Below are positions 50,701 to 63,600 of a stretch of DNA of 64,000 bases, one piece after another; the stretch's first letter is position 1; the number at the start of each line of letters is the position of its first letter. The notes under the pieces were generated by a model that made no database searches, was not told the DNA's origin, and worked only from the letters and a program-made list of their open reading frames with translations. Both the position numbers and the translations under genes were made by a program. The stretch comes from Eledone cirrhosa (taxonomy: Eukaryota), in contig OZ024743.1 of NCBI GenBank assembly GCA_964016885.1, positions 282,720,001 through 282,784,000 of the forward strand. Reading direction: 5' to 3'.

Positions 50701-52556
50701 CCAGTAACCGGGCCCTTGTCTATGAAGTCTGTCTATGTCGATCTCACAGATCACAAATTTGTGGTCTGTGTAGTCGACTATTTTAAATTGTGGACAATTT
50801 ATACTAGCCTTATCTAGTTCTCTGCAGAATACCCTATCGAGATATGATCTGGATGACCCGATGCGGTTTGTCCATGTCCACATTGGCACATTCGGGTGAT
50901 CCAGTCGATACCTGTCAGACAGTTCAAAACGTCTGAGCAGGTTGTGAGGCTCTTGCACCCTACTCCCCTATCCACTAGCCCCACACAATCCCAGTGTGCA
51001 TCCAAGATACCGTTCCAGTCGCCCACTAACACTAAAGAGCGGGACGTTCCAAGAAAGGTCTCTAGACGTCTGAAGAAATCTGACCGTCCTGCCCATGTTG
51101 GGGCATAGACGGCTACTAGCCTGAAAGCATTGCCTTCGTTGCCAGTCACATCCAGCACCACCGACTTACCTTCTGGTGTGTGTGTTTTGTTTTGTTTGCG
51201 TTGTTGGTGTTTTTGGTGATGCTGGTGGTGGTGCGGTTGTTGTTGGCGGTGGTGCTTGTGGTGGTGATGGTGTTGCTGCAAGTTTCCTTGCTGCCTGTCC
51301 CCGTCTTTGTGTGCCTTCTAAGGGTTTTTTTTCTTTTTTGTGACAGACCGTTTGCCACTTCACTCCCACCTCAAACTCCATGTCAGATTCCGTGGCGTCT
51401 GGGAGGGGTATGTGCTCCACGGCTGTTGGTGGTGGTAGTGGAGCCCTCTTCGGCAATTTTGTTGCTGATGTATCTACTTCAAATGTAGCTATTGGTGTTG
51501 CCGCCACTGATGCTGCTGCTTTAGTTGTCCATGGCCTTGGTACAGGTGCCACGGACGTTGCCCTCCTACTCACCGTGGAAGGGGCTTCTGCGTTTGTTGC
51601 CTGGCCTGCTCTTGGTAGCAGCAGACCAGGTATTGGAAGGAGAGGGGCCTCCTTCTTCGCTGTCTTCTGCGGGCAAAAGGCCCTGAAGTGACTCTTCGAC
51701 CCACAGAGATAACATTTTGGCCGTCTTCCTTCTACGCTTATAGGGACTTGGAGTCCTTCCTCGATGTCTAAGATATCAGAGATAGCGTTGATACATTCCT
51801 GGTCAGTTTGTATAAGCATTTGCATGCCTACACCTGACCAGTTCTCTCTCCCTATTTTCTCTACTTGCAGCATGGTCGTCCTGTCCTTGATTCCAGCAAG
51901 GACAGACGCGGCCAGCCAAAGTATGGGCACGTCGGGTGGGACCTGGGTCACTTTGACCCTCACAATTTTCTGCCCGCAGTAGGAGGGCACCAAGACTATC
52001 TCCTCACTCTTTAGGGTTTCCAAAGAGTGAGACTTCGCTTCCTGGGGGGAGTGGCGAAAAGTATGTCTACTGTGGCGTACTTTCTGCCTCGGGTGATGTG
52101 GGTTTTGTGTCCTCAGACGCACCCCAAGGCCTTTGGGATTTGAGCCTCTGTGGCTCTCTCCACCCGATGTGAAATTTTGCTTACGGTGCAGTAAGTCACC
52201 CTCCGTAGCTGCTGGTCCTTGAAAAAAAAAAAAAAAAAAAAAATCGGGTGGAGGTTTCAGGGAGACTATTGGCGCTTCTTGTCACCATGGCCCTTGCGAC
52301 TGCCATCTCCTCTGTGACTAACACTGTCTCGATATTTTGGGCGACACCTGCAAAAGAAGTGGTCCCTTTTTCAGCAGCACCACTATTGCTGCCGCTACTG
52401 GTCTTACTGGTGGTGCTGAGATCGCTGTTACACGTATCGATGTCATTGTTGATGTTTTCGTTGGTACTGTTGGTGTTGTTGTTTTCGTTGATACTGTTAT
52501 TGTGGCTGTTGTTATTATTGTTGTTTTTGTTGATACTGTTCCTACTATTATTGTAA
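47733..52556 (-). mobile_element. Tx1/L1-clade LINE, near full-length and degenerate: ORF1 with CCHC knuckle, ORF2 EN-RT-Zn finger
   Basis: ORF1 has CYLCGSKSHFRAFC (51166-52122). Endonuclease motifs VAVYAP, LVGDWN, SYLDRVF and TDHK, then GPGYWKLN and KSPGLDGL. RT motifs NFRPITLLN, LDQSKAFDRVDH, VRQGCPLS and YADD. C-terminal CHRC...ETVVHALVQC. (TAT)n tail. Several frameshifts. Confidence 0.93.
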
Positions 52557-52649
52557 TAATAAGAGAAATTTGTTCTATCTATGAGTCTATAAGCAGTAGA
52601 GATAAAAAATTATATTTTCCACAAAAAAAAAATAAATAAACGTAAAAAC

Positions 52650-52727
52650 CAGGATACTACTTATCTACTGGACTTCAGGATACAGTTTACCTACTGGACT
52701 TCAGGATATGGCTTACCTACTGGACTT
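52650..52727. repeat. 3 x 26-bp tandem repeat
   Basis: CAGGATAnnnYTTAYCTACTGGACTT starts at 52650, 52676 and 52702. Confidence 0.85.
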
Positions 52728-54651
52728 ATGCACAAATATAATTATAACTATGTTTAATTTTTCTTACTGCTATTTGAATGTTTTTTTGTTTGTTTGTTTT
52801 TTCCTTTCTTCAAGTGTTATTTTAGTTGGGGAGGGAGGGAGCAATTATAATATTGCAGCTGCATTCAGAATGGAATACTTCCAACTATTGTTTATTTGAA
52901 AAGTTGTAACAATACATTTCTGAATATAACTTTTGTATGTTCCATGAACAAAAACATACTTTGCCAACTATAGATGCATAAAAATATCTGACATACACTT
53001 AGAAAATAAATAAAAGAATCCCCAGTTTTAGACAGTAATCACACAAAATATGCAAGTTAATCTAAACAAACAGTATATATCTAAACAAGAATTTCCCAGC
53101 CAAAACCCCGATGTAATATGATTCAGTAATTAATCACTAAAGCATACATTTAAGCTAATCTAAATAAATCAGATTTAATGGTTCTTCACTTGCTAATGTA
53201 CTCTGCTGTATTGATTTGTTGAATTTAATTTAAAACATTCATCATTATCATTAGCTTTATGTCTGTTTTCCATAAAAAAAAAACGCCTTCTTACATCATA
53301 TTACATACAGGATTTAAGCTAGGTGTTTTACAACTTGAATCTTCATCAAATGTTAGCAAAAACAAAGCTGAGTGTGCTGATGTCACTAGCAATGAGTTAA
53401 GTCCTCTCCTTGATTTCAGGCCTTCACTACTATATAGTTTGAACTGTCATGAATGAAGTTGGTCAAGCAGGTTTATAGTGCACATTACTGTCTTTCTTCC
53501 CTCTGTTCACCAAGATGAGCCACCTTCAGATTGGAATAGATCTCTCCAAACAATATAGCAAATATTAAAATCTGAGACCCACATAAACTGTTAAAGTACA
53601 TACTTGTTTTGTTGCTATTGTTACTGCTTACACATTGGACTCCTGAGTGGATTGGAGCAACAGAAAATGAAGCATCTTGCTCAAGGACAAAACACAGTGG
53701 GTAGAAATGACCTTATGATTGTGAATCCAACACCCTAACCACTAGATCACATACTTTTTGCCATAATTATTTAATGTTAAATGAAAGCAAACCTTGAATA
53801 CTATTTTCTATCTAATATTGCCACAATCTATTTAAACATCAGAGTTCAATAAATATACAGCAAAATGGCTGGGGTTAAGATGTTTAACTCGAGATCACAG
53901 AGTTATGAGCTTCAATTTCACTGATATAAATCACATTCCACACTATGTCACAGTTGAGTTGAGTCAAATTAGTAGGAGGGACACCCAGTTGTAAAAGTGA
54001 TCGCCCAAACAATAAAAAAAGACAAATATACTTCCCATTCAAGTATGGATCAATAGATGTAAAAAAGAAAAAAAGAAATTAGTATTTTTCAAAAATAAAA
54101 TTTTTAAATCAAAAAATTATGATCAAATAGATTTTATCTCATGAAATTTTCAAAATAATTTAGTTTAGAAAATACATGTATATAGATAAATGTGAACCCA
54201 AAACATTATACAATTCTATAGCAGCAGAGTTAAAAAACAACCTTTTTTATTACTTGAAAATCAAGAAAATTGGAATATTGTCTGAAAAGACATTTCAAAA
54301 ATGGTCTGAAAAACTTTAATATATTTCCCTATACCCCAACGTTTTACTTTTTTAATTATTTACTGTTTAGTCAGAATCAAGGACAGAACCCTTGGATTTT
54401 CCAGAAAATTCCAAAACAGGAATTAACATTCTACATCGAAAATAAAGTAAATCAATACAGAAGATAGTGGATTGCAGCAGATAAAATGCCTTGGTGTTCA
54501 TTCCAGCTCTCTGCATGGTAAGTTCAAATCCTGCCAAGGTCACCTTTGCTTTTCATCCCTTTGAGGTCAATATATAAAGTCCAGTTGAGTACCAAAGTTG
54601 ATCCTTCTCTCTCTCCCTCCCTCTGACAATCAGGGATAGGCTCTGCCAAGT

Positions 54652-54880
54652 TTAACCCTTTAGCATTTAAACCGGCCATATCCGGCCAGAATTCTCTCAC
54701 CTCCTTCTATTCAAACCAGCAATAACTGGTTCCTTATGCTTACATTAAGGTATTGTTCTCAAAATAAATAATACCAAAATCTCATAGATTCGATATTATG
54801 TGAGATAATTGTGTGAGGTAAAGTCTTTTCTGTGAAAATACAATAGTAAATACAGAGTAATGTAAATGCTAAAGGGTTAA
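54652..54880. mobile_element. piggyBac-like MITE with perfect TIRs
   Basis: TTAA-CCCTTTAGCATTTA ... TAAATGCTAAAGGG-TTAA. Confidence 0.9.
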
Positions 54881-56414
54881 TATGCCCAAGATGCATTGTA
54901 TGTCACAACAGTTCACCTAAAGCTCCATTGGGAGCTGGAGGCTCAAAGGAGGATGAAAACCAACACATCCATTATCTATTGGGTTGGACACAATATTTCT
55001 GTTCTTGATCTGTACCTTTTTATTCTTGAATTTAAAAGGATTGGTTATAATTTTATAACAAACATATTTTTTCCAAAATGAATTGAAATGAAAATAAAAC
55101 CTTTTTGAATAATGGAGATAGAAAATTAAGCAGGGAGATATTTTTTTTTAAATTGTTTAATTTTATATAGGGTTTATAAAATTGTATATGAAGATGCATG
55201 ACTTAGTGATATAAATGTTTGACTCACAATTATAAGATCATGAATTCGATTCTCAGACTGGGTAGCACATTGTATCTTTGAGCAAGACATTACTTCATGT
55301 TGTTCCAGTCCATTCAGCCTGAACATTTGAGTTTCAATGACAAGTGCCAAGCTGTGTGTCTCTTTCATAGACAATATCAGTGGCATGGAGAAGCAAGATT
55401 GGTATACATGGGAAACTGCTTGCATTCTACAAAACTGCTTGCATTCTACAAAACATCTTGCCCGGGCTTGTGTCTTGGAGAGTAAATTTCCAGGTACAAA
55501 CCCATAGTCAGTCATGTCTAAAGGAGGGGGGGGGGGGTATAAAACTGTAGGAAAATGACCAACTAATAATTTCCCTTCCAAGGATGCCCTCCCAAACAGG
55601 TTTATATGCCAATATTTCTTTATAAATTCATTATTTTTTACCTCAGGTTATAAGTCTTTAAAAAAATAATCACATTAATATTCTTCAAAAGACAAAAGAA
55701 TGGTTTATCACTATATTCATTAAATATTTCAATCCTTCTCTCAGATCTATACCAATTTGTTTTCTTCAATCTGGCAATTCCTAAGGGTTTTTTTAACCAA
55801 CTTATGAGAAAATAAAAAGTGGCTACAGGGATCCATTAAGATCCATTTCAATAATGTCACTGATGCATCATCCCATTCTATTAATGCTTAAGTGCAAATA
55901 TATTTTATTTTATTTCATATATTCCTTTTGGCAAAAATAGTGATAAGCTTCATTTGCCTGGAGCAATGATCTATAATTACAATATTGATGATGATGATAA
56001 AAGATACATACACACACACACACACCATACACATCATACACACATACATACCTTACATGCATTTTATGATTGGGTTTTCCATGGATTGAATTATATATCA
56101 TGAATTATTGAAGCACTGGTGATTTGAAATTTGAAAGTATGGAAATCCCAAATAGGGAAAACAACAGTAACAGTCAATCACTAGAAATAATAGCTTAGAA
56201 AATTGGGTAAAATACTACTATAGATGGAAAGAATATGGCCAGCAGTCACTATGGAGAATCAAACTCCGTATCTCTCAAATCCCATGCAAGGTCATTAATC
56301 ATTAATTTAAGGGGCAACTGACTAGCCATTCTGTCTAAACTAAGGTTCTATATTGAAGAGATACAGAGTTCAATATTTTTGTAGCAGCTGCTGGTCCTTT
56401 TTTTTTCTATATAA

Positions 56415-56595
56415 GGACAGGATGGAAGACGTTTAGGGAGCTGCTTCCTCTGTTGACAACGAAGGGTTTCTCCCTATGAACGAAAGGTCAGTTGTATGAT
56501 GCCTGTGAGATATGTGATGTTGCATGGTAGTGACACATGGGCAGCCACTGCAAAGGATATACGATGGTTGGAGAGAAATGAAGCAAGCATGCTCT
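56415..56595 (+). mobile_element. RTE LINE internal fragment
   Basis: RTGWKTFRELLPLLTTKGFSL...LHGSDTWA...RWLERNEASML, homologous to 34890-35065. Confidence 0.75.
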
Positions 56596-56646
56596 AAAGA
56601 TCCTACCTGCATTTGAAAAATGTGCCTATCACTGACACTTCTATCA

Positions 56647-56730
<84 letters not shown>

Positions 56731-56879
56731 ACAGAATTGTTTCAAATGTTTAAACTCCTAATCAAACAAATTAAACAGTTCTAGTCCTGTAGAAGTCATT
56801 TCTATATGATATATCTCAACTAATGTATTGAATGCCTTACCTGCGGTTCCCTCCTGTTCCTTTTCAGAAAACCATTCTT

Positions 56880-56924
<45 letters not shown>

Positions 56925-57253
56925 GTGTGGTAAAAAAAAAACAGGTGGACCATAATGCACCAGAGTACTTGATACTTGGGGTAATAGAGTGGATAATATG
57001 AAAAGATTCAGGACCCCGACAGCTGTACTCCGGCCATTTTGAAAGCTAGATCTGAATGCATTCGACCAGAGGTCAGTTGTCAGGGTCCTGAAATTTTTCA
57101 TATATATATACCCATCAAATGGTGTTTTTCATTACACTTTCTTTCATGTATCACCTTCCATAGTCCATGTCTCTTACCATCATCATTATTATTATTATTA
57201 TTGAGGCTGTCATTATTATTAGTATTACTACTGTTATCATCATCATTATTATC

Positions 57254-59510
57254 GATGGCCGCATGATACTCGATCCCGGGCAGATGTGTGCGGCTTTTCA
57301 GCAGCACTTTACTCAGCTGTTCGGGGGCAGTGGCAGGCTGCATCACGGAATGGACTTCAGTGGCTCTCGGCCACTGAGGCGGAGTGTTGTGAAAGGCCGA
57401 TAACAGCTGCTGAAGTACGGGAAGCAATGACTAGCTGCACAATGGGTAAATCGCCTGGTTTGGATGGTCTGCCCTACGAATTTTACATACATATGCCAGA
57501 CTTGTTCGAAGACCTCTTGGCAGACGTCTACTGCAACTGGCAACAGAACGGAAGAATTTCCAGCTCTGTGAGCCAAGGAGCGGTGGCACGACTGAGAAAG
57601 GATCCGAACAAGGGGGATAACATAGAAAATTTCAGGCCCATAACTCTGCTAAACACAGACTTCAAGATTTTGGCTAAGGTACTAGCAAAGAGGTTGGCGC
57701 TTGTCGGTGGGAGAGGCACAAACATGCGCCATTCCAGACAGATCTATCCACGACAACCTCCACCTCATGCGATACATCATAGAGAGGGTTGCTAGGGAAC
57801 CTGGCATGGGTGGGTCTTTGATCAATTTAGATCAGTCAAAAGCTTTTGATAGGGTCGATCATCGTTATCTGGCGGAAGTCCTGAGAGCAGCTGGCTTTGG
57901 GCCTGTCTTCAGAGGCTGGATTACTGCCATGCACAGCGACATCTGCTCTGTGGTGAGAGTGAACGGTCACCTTTCGGAACTGTTCAACATCATGCACTCG
58001 ATCCGCCAAGGATGTGTTCTCTCTCATCCTTGTTGTACGTATTAGCCATTACTGCACAAACTGGAGACATTGAGGGGGATCCCGCATAAACTAGGATGCG
58101 GAAGAACCGTGTCAGCATATGCAGACGTCACCGTAGTGGTGTCGAACGCCAAACACATCGAGGCAATCAGCACCACACTAAGAGAATACAAGGTAGTGAC
58201 AGGAGCAATGATCAACCAGGAAAAATAAGTAGGCCTGCAACTCAGCTCCTGGAGAGGCAGGTCCATGCCACCCAACAGCGTCGGCAGGCGCTGGACGGAC
58301 CGGTTTAATTGCTAGGGGTCTGGTTCGGTTCGGCCCGGACCCCAAGACGGACAAAAACTGGGAGGAGGTGACGATCAAGGTGTTTTCTCTCACCCAGAAA
58401 CGGGCCGAGAGGAAGCTATCCCTGAAAGGTCAAGCGGAGGTGGCGATGGCGTACATCGCATCCGTCATCTACTACCGCCTGACCGTCGTGCCTTGTCCTA
58501 AGCCTTGCCTAACTGGGGCATTTGCTCTTTCGCTTTTTGTGGCAGGGACGTGCTCTGATGGTTAGGCGGTCCATCTGCTGTCAATAGCCGCTACGTGGAG
58601 GGCTGGGCATGCCGTGGCTGATGATGCGCAGACATGCGCTCAGGCTACGATATCTCCACCTCTTCCTCGATGGTGATCAGGTGTGGTCGCCCTTTGCTAG
58701 ACATATATTTCCCCAGCTTGTCTCCTTGGCGGAGCTGCAGTCCTGGGTCAAGCGAAGACAGAGAGGAAGCACTTGGAGACTGGAATGTCTTCAGGCGCTT
58801 ACAGCCCTCAACCAGTCGAGCAATACAATCGCTGGAAACTCCACCTTGGCGTTCTATAGAGGATTAGTGGAAGGAAAGAGCAACGACATCCTTGGGGAGA
58901 CTCTAGGTGTCGACGAAAACCAATTAGCCAATCTCTTCGGGAGAACTTTCAGGCCGGGGCCCATGGACACCTTCCAGAAATCCCTGGCCTGGCAGTGCTA
59001 CCAAGGAGCCTTGCCAGTTCGGGATAAACTCTACAGGCATGAAAGTGCCGTCAGCTGGGCCTGTCCGAGATGCGTACAGGGCGATGAAACCGTCCTGCAC
59101 GCACTTGTCCAGTGTCTGAGCATTGCTAACTTGTGGGTTTATACCGAACACCTGCTGACACATGTAGAATGGATCCGGCTATTAGCTGAAAATTGCCCCA
59201 CCGCCTTTCTTTAGAGAGGGAAGTGCTGACTTCCAGCCAGTTTGTTGAAAGGTGGGTGAGAGAGGCAAGAATGGCCCATATGAATGGGTCTACCCTGAGC
59301 GTAGCTTTTCTTGTGGGCTTTCTCCATGAGCAACCCTCGGGGGTCTCCCCCCCCCCTATTAGGGAATTTTTCATTGTTTCCTTTTTTGTCACATACTGTT
59401 TTTTTGTTTTTTTCACGCAGAAATGGCCATTTGTATTGTCCTGTATTGTCCTTAATGTTATACTTTGTGTCAACACTTGTGGTTAATAAAGAAAACATTA
59501 TTATGATTAT
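57254..59510 (+). mobile_element. Tx1/L1-clade LINE, 5'-truncated diverged copy
   Basis: KSPGLDGLPYE, NFRPITLLNTDFKILAKVLA, LDQSKAFDRVDH and CPRC...ETVLHALVQC. Homologous to 47733-50300 in the opposite orientation. (ATT)n at both ends. Confidence 0.93.
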
Positions 59511-59544
59511 TTGTGGTGGCATTGGCAATGTCAGTGGAGCACTG

Positions 59545-59578
<34 letters not shown>

Positions 59579-59712
59579 AACTGTATTTTTTTAAACTGAT
59601 TTATTAGGGTGGGGAGCTATATACCTTTTCTAATTAACAAGTCAATAAGTTTTACCATTAATGGAGATTTTCCAAACAACTGCATAATAATTATTGGCCT
59701 ATATATATATAT

Positions 59713-60611
59713 ACTAGCATTAAAGCCCGGCGTTGCTCGGGGTCATTAAGTTACCAAAGTTAGGTTGCACCACCCATTTTATGGCAGCACTTTTTTGTCT
59801 GCCAGGCACTGGGTGAATGAATTGCAGACCTGGAAGCATGAGCTGCGCCAGCAGTGACAATTGTAGTTTCGCCTATGGATATTATCTCTGTGCAAAAAAG
59901 TGTTGAAATTTATTGTTTCACAGTACTTGCGCAACACGCGCGTAGACGATGCCAGCCGAACAACAGAGCTGCGATGGAGTTGTTCTGCATGGTTGTCTGT
60001 GTGTTTTCTAAATGTAAGACAGTAGGGAGGGTTGTGATATGAGGGAGAGTTAGCTGTTGTTTCTAGCAGGTTTAGTGACCTCATAGAGGATATGTGTTTT
60101 CTAAATTTAAGACAGTAGGGAGTGGTGTGATATGGGGGAGAGTTAGCTGCTGTTTCTAGCAGGTTTAATGACCTCATAGAAGATATGTTTTCTAAATTTA
60201 AGACAGTAGGGAGGGGTGTGATATGGGGGAGAGTTAGCTGCTGTTTCTAGCAGGTTTAGTAACCTCATAGAGGATATGTGTTTTCTAAATTTAAGACAGT
60301 AGGGAGTGGTGTGAACGGACAGTATCACCATTAAGCTTGGAAAGAGAAAGTAGCAGAAAGTATGAAGTTGTATAGATTTTGAATGGTAGTAGAAAGAGTT
60401 CAGCAGTTTAAATGAGAGAGAGAAATCGTAAAATATTGAGTTTTATCTATGTTTTGCGTAATTGTGGGTGAAATTGAAAAAATTATCTGCGTCAAGACGC
60501 AATCGAAACTGTTTCGAATACTGAATTGTAAATTTCAATTGAAGAAATTCTATATCGTAGATTTCTATAACAAAGGAGCATGACCACACACTGAGCTTTA
60601 TAGATTATGAT
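59713..60611 (-). mobile_element. Non-autonomous Helitron-like element with internal tandem array
   Basis: ACTAG at 59713 is followed by the hairpin CCCGGCGTTGCTCGGG, i.e. a 3' CTAG end on the minus strand. It sits in (TA)n. The right boundary is approximate. Confidence 0.65.
60001..60314. repeat. ~93-bp tandem repeat, about 3.4 copies
   Basis: TGTTTTCTAAAT.TAAGACAGTAGGGAG starts at 60002, 60095, 60186 and 60279. Confidence 0.92.
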
Positions 60612-63600
60612 ATTCCAGCTATTTTCAATACTATTCAATTTACTGCTGCATGGAGTAGTGCCCAAATTACATATTGGATGAGTTATATATTGTTGGATAT
60701 AATCTGAAATGAAATTTACAATCATATCAATCTCTCTCTCTCTCTCTCTTCCTGTATGTATGTATGTATGTATGTATGTATGTATGTATGTATGTGAGTA
60801 TATATGTATATGCACGGCCTAGTGGTTAGGGTGCTGGATTTGTGATTATAAGGTTGTGAGTTCAAGTATTGGTGGATTGTGTTCTTGAGCAATATACTTC
60901 ATTTCATGTTACTTTTCAAGACAGAATTGGGGACTCATATCATTAAAACACCCAAGAAACTTCCTATGAAATGCAGTGTTGTAGGAGGCTAGCTAAGCCT
61001 ACATAGGTGTGAGTTGTAACATTTACATGTTTTTACACACAAACACCTATGTAGAAAGGGGGAGGAGTTGTAGATAAAATTCAGCAACTGTAAACTTTCA
61101 TCTGGGAAGCATTATCTATTTTTTATCATGTAACTGCTGATATATGGAAGGACCTGTCTGTCATTGAACTGTTTATATAATTAAAATGAATATGGCAACA
61201 TGATTACAGTTCAACCAATATTTATTTACAGCTGAGACTTAAATAAGTGTTTCTATTTATTTTTATTTCCCATACCTAGAGAGAGAGCTAGAAGGAATTA
61301 ACTTCTGTCATAAGATAGAAGTGAAGTGAAGTGAGATGAGGTGAAGTGTAATTAGTTGCTGTTAGGTATGAGAAATAAATAATAGAGATCAATGTCTCAA
61401 GTGCACCTGAGAAAAGTAGGTCAACAGTAAAGATAGGTTGAAGGAACAATTATTGATGATGCTGGAGGTCTTTGTTCAGACTTTTCATGAGAATAACTCC
61501 TAAGTCCTTGATGACACTGCTGGTAATGTGACACACACACACTAAATTGTAGAGTACAAGTCCACTGGACATACAAGTTGATCTTAAGATTCTCAGCTCA
61601 AAATTCTTATGTTGGGTCAATACTTGCCATATAGGTTGACCTCCAAATATACAGGGTTTTTCTTAGTGGTTGTCATAAGGTTGGTCTAATTTGTAACTAT
61701 AATGTACTTAGTGCACATGGTAGTACACCTCCAAAATACCTAAATAAACTGCACTCATTAAGACTGCCATAGGATTGTTCTCATGTTGTGTATGATATAC
61801 ATTATCTTTCACTGTAGTTTCAGAATTATTCTACATCAGCCATATATGAAACATGCAAATTTTGCATGTTACCTAAACATTATAATAAATATTTTTCTGA
61901 CACCCATTAGCCATAAATACTTATATTCCTGTGAAATCAGTACTGGGTTACCATAAGATTGTACAAATAACTGCTTCGAAATTGTCTGACTGACCACATG
62001 GCTTCAGCAGTCTGGCCTTCAGACAGTTAGTATTATCAGCTGTTGGAAACATATATATATTAATACTTTTCTTTTTATTACAGCTAGAGTACCAAATTTC
62101 CAACTGATGGTCCTGCACCTCTTTTAATCTGTATATAATCATAAAGTTCACCAAACTCATTTTTTTTAATATAAAATATGATTTACAAAGAGAAAAAGTA
62201 TATAATTTAAAAACATTCATTCTTTTATGTTGAAAAGAAATCTTGTAACATCTGTAAACCCTGTTACTTACCAAACTAAAATCTTTATTACAATAAAAAC
62301 TAATTTCAAATTTAATCAATTCATCATCATTTTTCTTTTCATCGTCATTTCAATGTACATTTTTTTTATTCCAAGTTGGCATGGTTAGATAAGCTAGTCT
62401 CATATTGCCAGGCATCTCAATATTTTGTCATCTCATTAATGAGGCCCAACATTCCAAGATCTCACTAACAATTTCGTTTTATATGAGAATGCTTATTTGT
62501 TTTTAATATCAATAAATAAAAACTACTGCAAATGCTGCCTTTCTCTCTCCTTCCCACTCAAATAAGAACACCTAAGTATTTTCCAGCTCTGGTATAAACA
62601 GAAACTTTATGACAAACTGAATTTACAAAACACATTTCAGTTATTAGTATAAACCAACTACTTCTCTAGTACTTGAAATAAGTATGTATGGAACAACTTC
62701 CCACCACCTGCCTCTTACACCTCTCAAACACTAAAACGTCATGCATGCCTGTGTAAGACATCTCTCTTTTGATATATATGATTACCAGCTCTTTGCCAGC
62801 CATTCTTTTGCAATGATTATACCATGTTAACCTGTCTACCTATTTTCAAGCATTGTAGGCATTAATATAAATTTAGCCTAAGCATCACAGTATTATTTTC
62901 ATATTTATACATTACATTCATAAGTTACCCCCTCTTCTCTAAATTGTATTTTGCAACTTTACTGTTAGAGATAAAGAACTATCATATGAACAAACCATTC
63001 AACTATTCTGTGATACAGATCAGCTAAGCTCCAAGTAAAAGTACTCAATATCATCATCGTTTTTATGTCTGCTCTTCCATGTCAGAATGAATTGAACAAT
63101 ATTTTTCTGCAGCATTCTTTGGTTGAATGTCCTTCCCAAACTTTATTTTATAAAATATGGTATATACCACATATTTTTAATTGATACACTGTCAGACACA
63201 CTGTTTAGGCAGGACATAAACACTGCTTGCTTTAAATGTTGCTAATATGAAAACACATGCAGTAAACCGACACAATCATACTCATATGAGCTTTCTTACT
63301 GTTTTCATGTGCCAAATTCACTCATAAGGCATTGGACAACACAAAGCTATGGTAGAAGATACTACACAGTTATGAAGCAAACTTAACTCCACAGCCATAT
63401 CTGTTTCATTTATTCTATGATATTCCTACACTCATACACAATTACTGATTTCATACATTGTCATATGGCTTCAAATGATAAGGGAAAATTATCATTTAAA
63501 TGAACTTTAATACATAAGTGAGTAATCAAAGACAAAATTAACAACCAGAAAAATTTGAACTTATAATGTAAAGGGGTGCAAATGCTTCAAGAAATGTTGC

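Noticed and set aside
48673-52556. Long plus-strand ORFs such as 49704-50504 and 48803-49432
   Set aside because: They are antisense shadows of the GC-richer Tx1 coding sequence.
60001-60314. Regularly spaced repeats as a CRISPR-like array (also 3890-4200 and 52650-52727)
   Set aside because: Whole units repeat with no unique spacers, there are no cas genes, and the context is eukaryotic.
61265-61300. Polypyrimidine-TAG|GTATGG recursive-splice-like site on the minus strand (similar motif near 5680)
   Set aside because: The donor is weak and such motifs are expected by chance in 62 kb of AT-rich sequence. No read evidence is available.
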